Source: Nitratidesulfovibrio vulgaris str. Hildenborough
GTDB taxonomy: Bacteria > Desulfobacterota > Desulfovibrionia > Desulfovibrionales > Desulfovibrionaceae
Assembly (NCBI RefSeq): GCF_000195755.1
Contig: NC_002937.3
Span: 120,001 to 152,000, forward strand
DNA length: 32,000 nt
Direction of reading: 5' to 3'
The translations under genes were made by a program, and so were the position numbers. How positions within the stretch are numbered: the first letter of the stretch is position 1; every line of letters starts with the position of its first letter. Positions 1 to 9,889 of the stretch are shown here, piece by piece. Under the pieces are notes generated by a model that saw only the letters and a list, made by a program, of their open reading frames with translations, ran no database searches and was not told where the DNA came from.

Positions 1-439
1 CTCCCATAGCCGGTTTGATGAGCAGCGCGTGCGCCGGACTCAGGCCGCTTTGGACATCGGCGAGTGCCGTTGCCATCTGGGTGAAGGCGTCGGGCGTGAA
101 AACCTCTGTGATATGCCGTCCCGTGAGGGTGTCCGGTGATGGCCCGACCGCGTTGCCGTGGCGACCGATGGCGTCGTGGCAAAGCAGGTCGGCCAGTGCA
201 GGGTTGAGCAGCACGAGGCGTAGGTGGTCGTCGAGAACGAAGCGGGGTGTGGGGTCGGCATCCAGGACATGTCCGTGGAGTGCCGACAGGCCCGCCGCGG
301 AAGTCGTCTTGTCTGGTACTGCGATGTCAGGTGTGCAGACCGTGCCCTCCGGCATGACCAGCGGCGATGTTCCGATACTGTCGCGCGTGCCGTTTTCCCC
401 CGACCGACCTGCGCAGACATCCGGTGTCTCCCCCATCAT
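1..439 (-). CDS. PAS-domain sensor protein, N-terminal fragment (gene continues beyond left edge)
   Basis: Open minus-strand frame that is absent from the ORF track because it has no stop inside the window. ATG ATG at 439/436 is preceded by AAGGGGGA. Hand translation gives MMGETPDVCAGRSGENGTRD...LHGHVLDADPTPRFVLDDHLRLVLLNPALADLL...GRHITEVFTPDAFTQMATALADV, which has a PAS-like pattern. No stops down to position 2, and codons mostly end in G/C. Confidence 0.5.
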   Translation of the reverse strand, partial: MMGETPDVCAGRSGENGTRDSIGTSPLVMPEGTVCTPDIAVPDKTTSAAGLSALHGHVLDADPTPRFVLDDHLRLVLLNPALADLLCHDAIGRHGNAVGPSPDTLTGRHITEVFTPDAFTQMATALADVQSGLSPAHALLIKPAMG

Positions 440-691
440 TTCCCCCTTGCAGACAACGATGCGTGGTCAGGGGCACGCTACCACGGGCCACCACAGTGCG
501 CAATGCGACGTGTCTGACTGCGGCACCGGCCTTGGGCCCGTATGACGCAGAGGGGAGGACGGGGGCTCTTCGTGCTCTGGTGTATGGCACCTGCAAGCCC
601 CTGCCCCCTGAAGCCACATGATGCCCACTGATGCAGAGATGCTGTCGCCCGCAGGCTGGCGGCTGCACTGCGCAGCGATGTCTCTGGCGTG

Positions 692-3142
692 TCAGGCGGC
701 GACCTCCCTGTACAACTCCCATTGCCGGGTGAACGCCGATTCGAACGAGCGGCTTTCGGCGTACGCGCGTGCCTCGGCACTCATGCGTCCCAGCCGGACG
801 GGGTCTGCCGCAAGGTCGAGCATGGCTGCGGAGAGGGCGTCGGCCTCGCCTTCGGGGACGATGCATCCGGTGCGGCCGGGCAACAGGTTCTCTCTGGGTC
901 CGCCCCGGTCGGTGACGATGACAGGCAGGCCCGAAGCCTGAGCCTCGAGCACGACGTTGCCGAAGGTGTCGGTGCCGGACGGGAAGACGAATATGTCCGA
1001 CGATGCATACGCTTCAGCCAGTGCGTCGCCCTCGATGTACCCGGTGAAGATGACGGGAAGGTCGGTGAGGGTGCGTGCCAGTTCGTCGCGTATGGGCCCG
1101 TCGCCCACCAGTACGAGGGCCAGCCCCGGATTCTGGGCGCATGCCGTGCGAAAGGCCTCGGCGAGGATGTGCAGGTTCTTCTCGCGGGAGAGGCGGCCCA
1201 CATAGAGCAGGCGGGTGCGTCCTGCGGCTTGCGGGTGTGCGTTGAAGTAGCCGTTGCGGTGAACGGGGCTGAACGCCTGCGTATCGATGCCGCGCGGATA
1301 GAAGACGATGCGTTCTCGCGGGATGCCCCGGGCGACGAGTTCGTCGCCGGTGGCGAGCGACGGCACATACACCTTGTCCATCTGCCCGTAGTACCAGATC
1401 ATGTACTGCCACATGGCCTCTTCGAGCCCTGCGTCTTCGGTGAGTTGCATCACGTATTGCGGGAAGGCCGTGTGGTAGGTGCCGTGAATGGGGAGTTTCA
1501 GTATGCGCGCCACGGCGAGGGCCACAAGCCCCATGGGCCCGGGTGTGGCCGAGTGCAGGTGGGTGAACCCTGCATCATAGCAGTGGCGCAGGATGCGGAG
1601 CATGGGCGGATAGTGGAGCTTCAGTTCGGGGTATTCGGGCATGGCGAATGCCCCCGTGGGCGTGAAGGTGCGTACGTCGGCGCGTCCGGCGAAGGGCTGC
1701 TGCACCTCGTCCGGCGGGGCACAGGTGAGCACCTGCAGGCGCTTGCCGTGTTTGATCGCCATGTCCAGTTGCGTCTGCAGGGTGCGGGCCACCCCGTTCA
1801 CATCGTAGAAGGTGTCGGTGAAATGCCCCACATGCAGCCGTTCGCGTTCGCCGTGTGCGGGCAGGAAGTGGGCGGCGCACTGGCGGGCGAAGGCCCTGTC
1901 TTTCGTGAACAGGGTGTAGGCCACGAAGTAGGGCGACAGGATGGCATACAGCGACCCGGCCGACCCGATGACCTGAAAGACGCTGAAAAGGTCTGCACCG
2001 ACGGCGTTGTCCAGCAGCGTGTCGGCGAAATGCCTGAGCACCTTGTCCGACGCGCGGTCGACGAAGCGCATCCATGCCTGTTCGACCTCGTGTCCAGTGG
2101 CACCGTCACCTGCGGCGAGTGCCTGCAATTCGACGTCGTCGCTGATGATCCGCAAAGCTTCGTGGCGCAGGTGCTCTTGTACGGAGCGTGATGTGGTCGC
2201 CCGCCGCGGGCGGCGGAAGTGGATGAGTCCGTGCAGCCGTGCCAGCAGCCCCCCGGAGGGTTCAGGTGTGGCGGTGAGTGCGTGGTCGGCGAAGCGCAGC
2301 AACGGGTCGAAACCCACATGCCGCGCCAGCTGGAAGCGCTGCTTATAGAACTGGTAGGCGATGGCATAGAGGTTGTGGGCCATGGTCTCGGGCGAGGCGT
2401 CCGTGCCAGCCTGTTCTCCGCGACCCTGCATGACGCCTTCAAGCAGGCTTTCGACGCGCGCCAGCCCCTCTCCCCGCACGCCGCGCACGGTGGTGTGGCT
2501 ACGGGCGATGTTGAGCGACGAGTGGTCGTCCGACCCGGCCATGAGGTGCTTCACGCAGGGCATGTCCATGCGGGGGGCGAGGTCGTGGCGCTCGGCCATG
2601 GCGTCCATGGTCTGTGGTGTCAGGCCACGTAGCAGGTCGCGGAGAATGGCGTTCTGGTAGGCGTCGCGCGAGCCGTTCAGTTCGAACACCCTGAAGAGCA
2701 GCAGCAGTCTCTCCATGTGGCTCACGGTGAGGCGTTCGTTCATGGAGTACATGGCATGGGCGCAGGCATGGGGAATGCCGGTGGCCACGAGATAGTCGAC
2801 GAGGTCGTAGACGTTGGGGCGCAGCATGGTGATTTCACCGTGTTGCGCCTCTGTGATGTTCCACGCCAGCACGTGTATCTTGCAACCGTCTTCGGGGAAG
2901 TAGGTGGTGACCTCCTCGCTGATGAAGGCTCCCGGCAGGTGGGCGATTTCAAGGCTGCCGGCGATGGTGTTGTGGTCGGTGATGGTGACAAGGTCCATGC
3001 CCCGCTTGCGGGCGATGTCGTAGATGGCTTGCGGTGCGGTGTAGCTTTCCGAACAGCCTAGCTTCTGCAACAGCCATTGCGATGGACGGGTCGAAAAGCG
3101 GGAATGGACATGCAGGTCGACCTTCAGGGTGTCTGCGGACAT
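692..3142 (-). CDS. PHP-domain phosphoesterase fused to group-1 (GT4-like) glycosyltransferase, 816 aa
   Basis: I trimmed the 1136-aa track ORF to the ATG at 3142, which has GGAGGAGG 3 nt upstream. The N-terminus MSADTLKVDLHVHSRFS...VTITDHNTIAG...KIHVLAW matches PHP HxH/DH motifs. The C-terminus ...FVFPSGTDTFGNVVLEAQASGLPVIVTDRGGPRE matches the GT4 E-x7-E region. Confidence 0.85.
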   Translation of the reverse strand: MSADTLKVDLHVHSRFSTRPSQWLLQKLGCSESYTAPQAIYDIARKRGMDLVTITDHNTIAGSLEIAHLPGAFISEEVTTYFPEDGCKIHVLAWNITEAQHGEITMLRPNVYDLVDYLVATGIPHACAHAMYSMNERLTVSHMERLLLLFRVFELNGSRDAYQNAILRDLLRGLTPQTMDAMAERHDLAPRMDMPCVKHLMAGSDDHSSLNIARSHTTVRGVRGEGLARVESLLEGVMQGRGEQAGTDASPETMAHNLYAIAYQFYKQRFQLARHVGFDPLLRFADHALTATPEPSGGLLARLHGLIHFRRPRRATTSRSVQEHLRHEALRIISDDVELQALAAGDGATGHEVEQAWMRFVDRASDKVLRHFADTLLDNAVGADLFSVFQVIGSAGSLYAILSPYFVAYTLFTKDRAFARQCAAHFLPAHGERERLHVGHFTDTFYDVNGVARTLQTQLDMAIKHGKRLQVLTCAPPDEVQQPFAGRADVRTFTPTGAFAMPEYPELKLHYPPMLRILRHCYDAGFTHLHSATPGPMGLVALAVARILKLPIHGTYHTAFPQYVMQLTEDAGLEEAMWQYMIWYYGQMDKVYVPSLATGDELVARGIPRERIVFYPRGIDTQAFSPVHRNGYFNAHPQAAGRTRLLYVGRLSREKNLHILAEAFRTACAQNPGLALVLVGDGPIRDELARTLTDLPVIFTGYIEGDALAEAYASSDIFVFPSGTDTFGNVVLEAQASGLPVIVTDRGGPRENLLPGRTGCIVPEGEADALSAAMLDLAADPVRLGRMSAEARAYAESRSFESAFTRQWELYREVAA

Positions 3143-3373
3143 GCCTCCTCCTTGCCTGCTGGCGGGCGTTCGGGGTGTATGGAGAGGGGATGCGCCCGCC
3201 GTGTGCCGGTGCGGTGGCTGACCGGTGTCGCTGCCTGACGTTGTGGTGACGATTCTGTCGTGGCGAGCCGTGGCGTGCAAGTCGCATTTGACATGTTTGT
3301 ATTTTAAGAGGCATAGATGTCGTGCAAAGAATGCATTAGATTTGCGATATTGTAATTTCACGGAGGGTGCTAC

Positions 3374-5536
3374 ATGCTGGGAGTCGTGAAGAACGCGCGC
3401 GTGGGAACCCGGCTTGCGGGGGTTGTGCTTGCCTTCGGAGTGCCCCTCGCCGTGTTGCTGTGGTTCACGGTGGAGGGCTTCAATGCGGGCATCCGTTTCG
3501 CCACGCTGGAGTTGCACGGTGATGCCTACCTGCGTCCGCTCGTGTCCATGCTGTCTCCGCTTCATGAGGTGGGGCGTGCCGTCCGGACGGGGGACGCGCA
3601 GGCGGTGCAACGTGCCGCTGGCAACGTCGACAGGGCGATGCAGCATCTGGACGAAGTCAACGCCGAAGCGGGTGAGGCCCTGCAATTCACCGACGAAGGG
3701 CTGGCCCTGCGCAAGCGTGAAGGTGTGCACCCCACCCGTCTTGCCGCGCGATGGCGCGGCGTACGCGACGGCTGGCGGGCCATGCCCCCGGAGAAGGCCG
3801 AAGAGGCGACGCTTGCGCTGGTGGCAGACGTGCGCACCGCCATCACGCATGCAGGTGACACCTCGAACCTCATCCTCGACCCCGACCTCGACAGCTACTA
3901 CCTCATGGACGTGGTGCTGCTGGCGCTGCCACAGACCCTCGACCGGCTTGGCGTCATCGCTGCCAGAGGGCGGGACCTTCTGGCCGGGGACGATTCTCCG
4001 GCGGCAAGGATGGAACTGGCCGTACTGGCGGCCCATCTGCGCGAGTCGGACATGGCGCGTATCGAAGGGTCGCTTGCCACGGCACTCAACGAGGACGCCC
4101 AATTCTACGGGGCTTCGGCGTCGTTGCGCGGGGCTGTCGACGGTGCGTTGACCCGCTACAGGGCAGAGACCACGGGCCTACTGCGAATCATGGACAACCT
4201 CGCCGGAGGAGGCAGCGCCGACACGGCCGGCTTCACACGTGCCGTGGCGGCAAGCGAGGCCGCGACACTGGCCCTGTGGGAGACCTCGGCCCGTGAACTC
4301 GACGTGCTGCTCAAGGTGCGTATCGCCGACTACGAGGCACGCCGGACGCGAGCGTTGGGGCTGAGTCTGGCGGCGGTGCTTTTCGCCCTGGTGCTGTCGT
4401 GGCTCACGGTGCGTTCGGTGACGCGTCCCTTGTCCCAGCTGGTGGAATACACGCGTTCCGTGGCCCAGGAGGGGGCAACCGCCCCTCTCGAAGGGCGCTA
4501 CACGGCGGAATTCGCGACACTGGCGGCTTCGTTGGCCTCCATGGTGGATGGCCTCGCAGGACTGGTCGCGCGCTCTGAAGCGGCACAGCGCGACGCGGAG
4601 ACCCAGCATGAACGCGCCGTGGCCGCCGTGGCCGACGCCGTGGCTGCGCGCAAGGCCGCAGCGCAGGCTACCGCCGAAGGTATGCAACAGGCGGCATCGA
4701 GCATCAGCGGCGTGGTCGAAAGGCTGGGTGCCGCAGCCTCGCAACTGGCCGCGCAGGTCGAACAGGTGAGCGGCGGGGCGATGCAGCAGCGCGATGCGCT
4801 GGCGCGTGTCGCAGGGCGGGTGGAAGAGATGAGTGCGGGCGGTGAGGCCGTGCGTTCAAAGGCCGTAACCGCCGCTGAAGGGGCCGGTGCCGCCAGCGAA
4901 CAGGCCTTGGAAGGCGGGGCCGCCGTCGAGCGCTCCATGCGCGCCATCGCCGTGGTACTCGACCAGACCGGGCGGATGCGTGACGGCATGGACGAACTCG
5001 GACGCCGTGCCGGGGGTATCGGGGCCATCATGGGGGTCATCGGTGACATCGCCGACCAGACGAACCTTCTGGCACTCAACGCGGCCATCGAGGCGGCCCG
5101 TGCAGGCGATGCCGGACGGGGCTTCGCCGTCGTCGCCGACGAAGTGCGCAAACTCGCAGAGAAGACCATGAACGCCACGCGCGAGGTCGGCGACGTGGTG
5201 CGTGCCATACAGGACGGCACCCGCGCCAGTGTCGAACAGGTCGAACGTGCCGTGGCCGCGGTCGAGGAGGCCTCGTCGCATGTGCGGGCCTCTGAAGAGG
5301 TGCTGCAGGGCATCATGGGCAAGACGCGGGTGGCCGCCGATGAAGTGCGCGATATCTCCGGTGCCGTCGATGCGCAGGCCGCGGCGAGTCGTCTCGCACT
5401 GGATGCCGTGGACGAGGCGGAGAGGGTGTCCATGGAGACCATGACGGGCATGGACGAGGCCCGCAGCGCCGTCCATGAACTGGCACGCCATGCGCAGGAA
5501 CTCCGGGGCGTCATGGAGACGTTGCGCACGGCGTAG
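3374..5536 (+). CDS. methyl-accepting chemotaxis protein, 720 aa
   Basis: N-terminal TM segment, a ~300-aa helical sensor region, a second TM plus HAMP, and the highly conserved signalling hairpin [46 protein letters not shown] lies upstream of the ATG. Confidence 0.95.
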   Translation: MLGVVKNARVGTRLAGVVLAFGVPLAVLLWFTVEGFNAGIRFATLELHGDAYLRPLVSMLSPLHEVGRAVRTGDAQAVQRAAGNVDRAMQHLDEVNAEAGEALQFTDEGLALRKREGVHPTRLAARWRGVRDGWRAMPPEKAEEATLALVADVRTAITHAGDTSNLILDPDLDSYYLMDVVLLALPQTLDRLGVIAARGRDLLAGDDSPAARMELAVLAAHLRESDMARIEGSLATALNEDAQFYGASASLRGAVDGALTRYRAETTGLLRIMDNLAGGGSADTAGFTRAVAASEAATLALWETSARELDVLLKVRIADYEARRTRALGLSLAAVLFALVLSWLTVRSVTRPLSQLVEYTRSVAQEGATAPLEGRYTAEFATLAASLASMVDGLAGLVARSEAAQRDAETQHERAVAAVADAVAARKAAAQATAEGMQQAASSISGVVERLGAAASQLAAQVEQVSGGAMQQRDALARVAGRVEEMSAGGEAVRSKAVTAAEGAGAASEQALEGGAAVERSMRAIAVVLDQTGRMRDGMDELGRRAGGIGAIMGVIGDIADQTNLLALNAAIEAARAGDAGRGFAVVADEVRKLAEKTMNATREVGDVVRAIQDGTRASVEQVERAVAAVEEASSHVRASEEVLQGIMGKTRVAADEVRDISGAVDAQAAASRLALDAVDEAERVSMETMTGMDEARSAVHELARHAQELRGVMETLRTA

Positions 5537-5623
5537 GGCTTTGGGACGGAGGCGCTGCTTGCACCATGCGCCGTTCCCGTCCGCCTGTCTCTCGCGGTGG
5601 ACGGCGGTGGAACAGGTGAACGG

Positions 5624-5660
5624 AAAAAGGCCGGTTCTCACGAACCGGCCTTCTCGTTTG
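5624..5660. terminator. bidirectional rho-independent terminator between convergent MCP and potD
   Basis: Perfect 9-bp stem GGCCGGTTC / GAACCGGCC (5629-5637 / 5642-5650) with loop TCAC. It is flanked by AAAAA upstream and TTCTCGTTT downstream, so the minus strand reads the stem followed by TTTTT. Confidence 0.75.
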
Positions 5661-5676
5661 CGGATGTCGTTTCAGG

Positions 5677-6714
5677 CTAGTCGGCGGTCTTCAGCATCTC
5701 CCAGTACTTCTCGTATACGTCGAGAGCCTTGCCCACGCCGTTGGTGAACTCGGAGTTCTTCAGGTCGGCGTCGGTGGGGGACGTGGCGCGGCTTTGCGCG
5801 TGCCTGGCGTCGAGAATCTTCTGGGCCGCGAGATTGGGCGTCGAGTAGTTGTATTCCTCGACACACAGCTTGGCGATGTCGGGGCGCAGCAGGAAGTCGA
5901 TGAACTTGTGGGCGTTGTCCTTGTGCTCGGCCCCGATGGGGATGGCAAGGCTGTCCACCCACAGCGGCAGGCCTTCCTTCGGGTAGACGAAGGCGAGGTC
6001 GGGGTTCTCGTTCATGGCGATGAAGGCGTCACCGTTCCAGCTCATGCCGCCCTTCACCTCTTCGGCGATGAACGCCTGCTTGGTGGCGGTCACGTCGAAG
6101 ACGCGTACCGAGGGCTTCAGCTTGAGCAGCCATTCGTAGGCGGCCTTTATCTCGGCTTCGCTGGTGGAGTTGACCGAGTATCCCAGCGCCTTGAGCGCGA
6201 TGCCGAAGGTGTCGCGCAGGTCGTCGGAGAGGATGACCCCACCCTTGAACTCGGGGCGGAAGAGGTCGTTCCAGCTGGAGATGGTGGCAGGGTCGACGAC
6301 CTTGCGGTTCACCATCAGGCCGGTGTTGCCCCACATGTAGGGCACGCTGAACTCGTTCTGCGGGTCGAAGGGCTGATGCAGCACGCGCGGGTCGAGGTTG
6401 GCGTAGTTGGTGAGCTTGGCCCTGTCGATTTTCGCCAGCAGGCCGTCCTTGCGCATCATGTCGATGAAGTAGGTGGAGGGCACCACGATGTCGTAGCCCT
6501 TGCCGCGCAAGAGCTTGATCTTGGCGTACATGGCCTCGTTCGATTCGTAGGTGGTGTACACCACCTTGATGCCCGTCTCCTTGGTGAAGCGGTCGAGCAC
6601 CGTCTGCGGAACGTATTCCGACCAGTTGAAGACGTTGAGCACCTTGGGCTCGGCACTGACGGCGACGCCGGTCCAGAGCAGCAGCATGACGACGGTCGCA
6701 AGCAGTCTCTGCAT
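5677..6714 (-). CDS. potD: spermidine/putrescine ABC transporter periplasmic binding protein
   Basis: Signal peptide, then strong recalled similarity to E. coli PotD (NWSEYVPQTVLDRFTKETGIKVVYTTYESNEAMYAKIK, VPSTYFIDMMRKDG, SVPYMWG, SLAIPIGAEHKDNAHKFIDFLLRPD). AGGAGG RBS. Confidence 0.95.
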   Translation of the reverse strand: MQRLLATVVMLLLWTGVAVSAEPKVLNVFNWSEYVPQTVLDRFTKETGIKVVYTTYESNEAMYAKIKLLRGKGYDIVVPSTYFIDMMRKDGLLAKIDRAKLTNYANLDPRVLHQPFDPQNEFSVPYMWGNTGLMVNRKVVDPATISSWNDLFRPEFKGGVILSDDLRDTFGIALKALGYSVNSTSEAEIKAAYEWLLKLKPSVRVFDVTATKQAFIAEEVKGGMSWNGDAFIAMNENPDLAFVYPKEGLPLWVDSLAIPIGAEHKDNAHKFIDFLLRPDIAKLCVEEYNYSTPNLAAQKILDARHAQSRATSPTDADLKNSEFTNGVGKALDVYEKYWEMLKTAD

Positions 6715-6715
6715 C

Positions 6716-7489
6716 CTACTTCCTCCTCATGTTGGTCAGGGCCTGCGCCAGCAGGACCAGTACGATGGTTACCCCGAACATGACGGCCGAGAGCGCGTTG
6801 ATGTCGGGCTTCACGCCAAGACGGACCATGGAATAGATCTTCAGCGGCAGCACCTCGAAGGAGGGGCCGGTGACGAAGAAGCTGATGAGCACGTCGTCCA
6901 TGGAGAGGGTGAACGACAGCAGCCACCCGGCGGCCACGGCGGGCAGGGTGAGCGGCAGGATGATGTGGCGGTAGGCTGCGGCTTCAGAGGCTCCGAGGTC
7001 GCGCGCGGCCTCCACGAGGTGCTCGTCGAACTCGGCAAGGCGGGCCAGCACCGTCACGGTGACGAAGGGCAGGCCCAGCGTGGTGTGCGCGATGAGCAGG
7101 GTGACGAAGCCGAGCTCCATGCGCAGTGCGATGAAGAAGATGAGCAGCGAGATGCCCATGACGATGTCAGGCGACACGGTGAGCACGTAGATGGAACTGT
7201 GCAGCACCTTGCGCCCCGGAAAGCGGTAGCGGTGCAGGCACATGGCCGCCAGCGAGCCCAGAAGGGTGGCGAGCGTGGCCGAGAGTGTGGCCACCGAGAG
7301 CGAATTCAGGGCCGCGTCGACGAGGGGCGTGTTGGCGAGCAACTTCGCGTACCAGTCGAGGGTGAAACCGCTCCACGCCGTGGAGTACTTCGAGGCGTTG
7401 AACGAATAGACGATGACCACGAGGATGGGCAGGTACAGGAAGGCATAGACCAGCCATACCCACGCCATGCCGAGACGACGCATGAACAT
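6716..7489 (-). CDS. potC: spermidine/putrescine ABC transporter permease
   Basis: Multi-TM permease. I trimmed the start to the ATG at 7489, which lies 2 nt after the potB stop (7492-7494). The stop is 1 nt before the potD start. Confidence 0.9.
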   Translation of the reverse strand: MFMRRLGMAWVWLVYAFLYLPILVVIVYSFNASKYSTAWSGFTLDWYAKLLANTPLVDAALNSLSVATLSATLATLLGSLAAMCLHRYRFPGRKVLHSSIYVLTVSPDIVMGISLLIFFIALRMELGFVTLLIAHTTLGLPFVTVTVLARLAEFDEHLVEAARDLGASEAAAYRHIILPLTLPAVAAGWLLSFTLSMDDVLISFFVTGPSFEVLPLKIYSMVRLGVKPDINALSAVMFGVTIVLVLLAQALTNMRRK

Positions 7490-7491
7490 GG

Positions 7492-8365
7492 CTACCCGGC
7501 CTCCGTGAACAGCGCTGCATCCTGTTCGTGCTTCTCGCGCGCGGCCACCCGGCGGCTTGCCAGCCACCACGCCACGATGAGCAGCACGAGAAGCAGCGTG
7601 AGGATGGTGCTCGCGGCGGCGCCCAGCGGCCAGTCACGCGCCACGAGGAACTGGTTCTTGATGAAGTTGCCGATGAGCATGGCCTTGGCCCCGCCCAGAA
7701 TCTCCGGGATGTAGAAGCAGGCCAGCGAAGGCAGGAAGACAAGCATGGAACCCGCCACGATGCCGGGCATGGTGAGCGGCAGCGTCACGTGCCAGAAGGC
7801 GCGCAGACTGCCTGCGCCAAGGTCCTTGGCCGCATCGAGGAGTTTCCGGTCGAGTTTGTCGATGGAGACGTACAGCGGCAGGATCATGAACGGCAGCAAC
7901 GTGTAGGTGAGACCCACGAACACTGCGAGATCGCTGTACATGAGCGATATGGGGGCGTCGATGAAGCCGAGGAAGAGCAGCACGTCGCTGACCAGCCCCT
8001 GCGACTTGAGCAGGATGATGAGCGCGTAGGTGCGGATGAGCGAGTTGGTCCAGAAGGGGATGATGACCAGCAGCAGGAACCACGGGCGGACGCTGCGCCG
8101 CGCCATGGCGATGCGGTAGGCGAAGGGGTAGCCCACCAGCAGGCACACGAAGGTGCTTGTGGCCGCCAGCGCGATGCTGTCCCACAGGATGCGCAGGAAG
8201 GTGGGGTCGAAGAGGCGGGCGTAGTTGGCCAGCGTGAACACGGGTTCCACGAAGTCCTGTTCGCCCCGTTGCAGCACGGTGACGAGCAGCAGCCCCGCGT
8301 TGGGCAGCAGGGCGAAGAGCCCCAGCCACAGCGCCACGACTGCGATGCTCGCGTTGCGGAAGGCG

Positions 8366-8379
<14 letters not shown>
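7492..8379 (-). CDS. potB: spermidine/putrescine ABC transporter permease
   Basis: Six-TM permease with the EAA-type loop DAAKDLGAGSLRAFWHVTLPLT. Overlaps the potA 3' end by 14 nt. Confidence 0.93.
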
Positions 8380-9472
<1,093 letters not shown>

Positions 9473-9889
9473 GCCTTGCTCCGGCGGGAGATACCCGCCG
9501 TCTGTTAGGGGGTGGCAAACGAAGCCCGGTGCCGGTGCGCTATATGCGCTCCTGCTCCGGGGTCGGGCGTCGGTCCGGGGGCGGACTGGTGAAACGGAGG
9601 TGGGTGACGCCTACCGGGTGCAGGGCGCGTGCATACTTATGGCACGGCCCCGGGCGTCACTGGCGGACGCCTGGGCGCACGACGTTCGACCCGTTGCCGG
9701 GCGGCGTGTGCGGCGGCCGGGAAGCCCGGCGCGGAGGATACGGTAGGTTCTGTTCATGTTGTCCGGTGGGTCTGGGTGCGGCTGGCGCACCATTGTGTTC
9801 AGGGGGGGTTCTGCCATGTATGGGCGTCGGGCACAAGAGGAAATCGTCCCCTGTACCCCTTGGGGCAGAAGGAGTGACGGGGGCGGGAG

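Noticed and set aside
585-598. TGGCACctgcaaGC, a sigma54-like element
   Set aside because: The GG to GC spacing is 11 rather than 12, and it points antisense into the 3' end of the PHP-GT gene.
15-866. Track ORFs 15..545(+), 40..420(-) and 327..866(-) at the left edge
   Set aside because: Their translations are R/S/C/P-rich. A different minus-strand frame, open to the edge, has an RBS, an ATG and PAS-like sequence, and it explains the region better.
689-2191. 500-aa plus-strand ORF. The same applies to 5794..6783, 6551..7714, 7528..8421 and 8225..9508.
   Set aside because: All are antisense to genes with unambiguous family signatures (GT4, potD/C/B/A). The translations are G/R/H/V/E-rich low-complexity strings with no motifs. 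Long shadow ORFs are expected at this GC content.
9640-9655. Perfect TGGCACG -24 element in the tonB/potA spacer
   Set aside because: No GC dinucleotide sits at the required -12 position (the sequence reads ...GCCCCGGGC), and it faces the tail of tonB with no plus-strand gene to drive.
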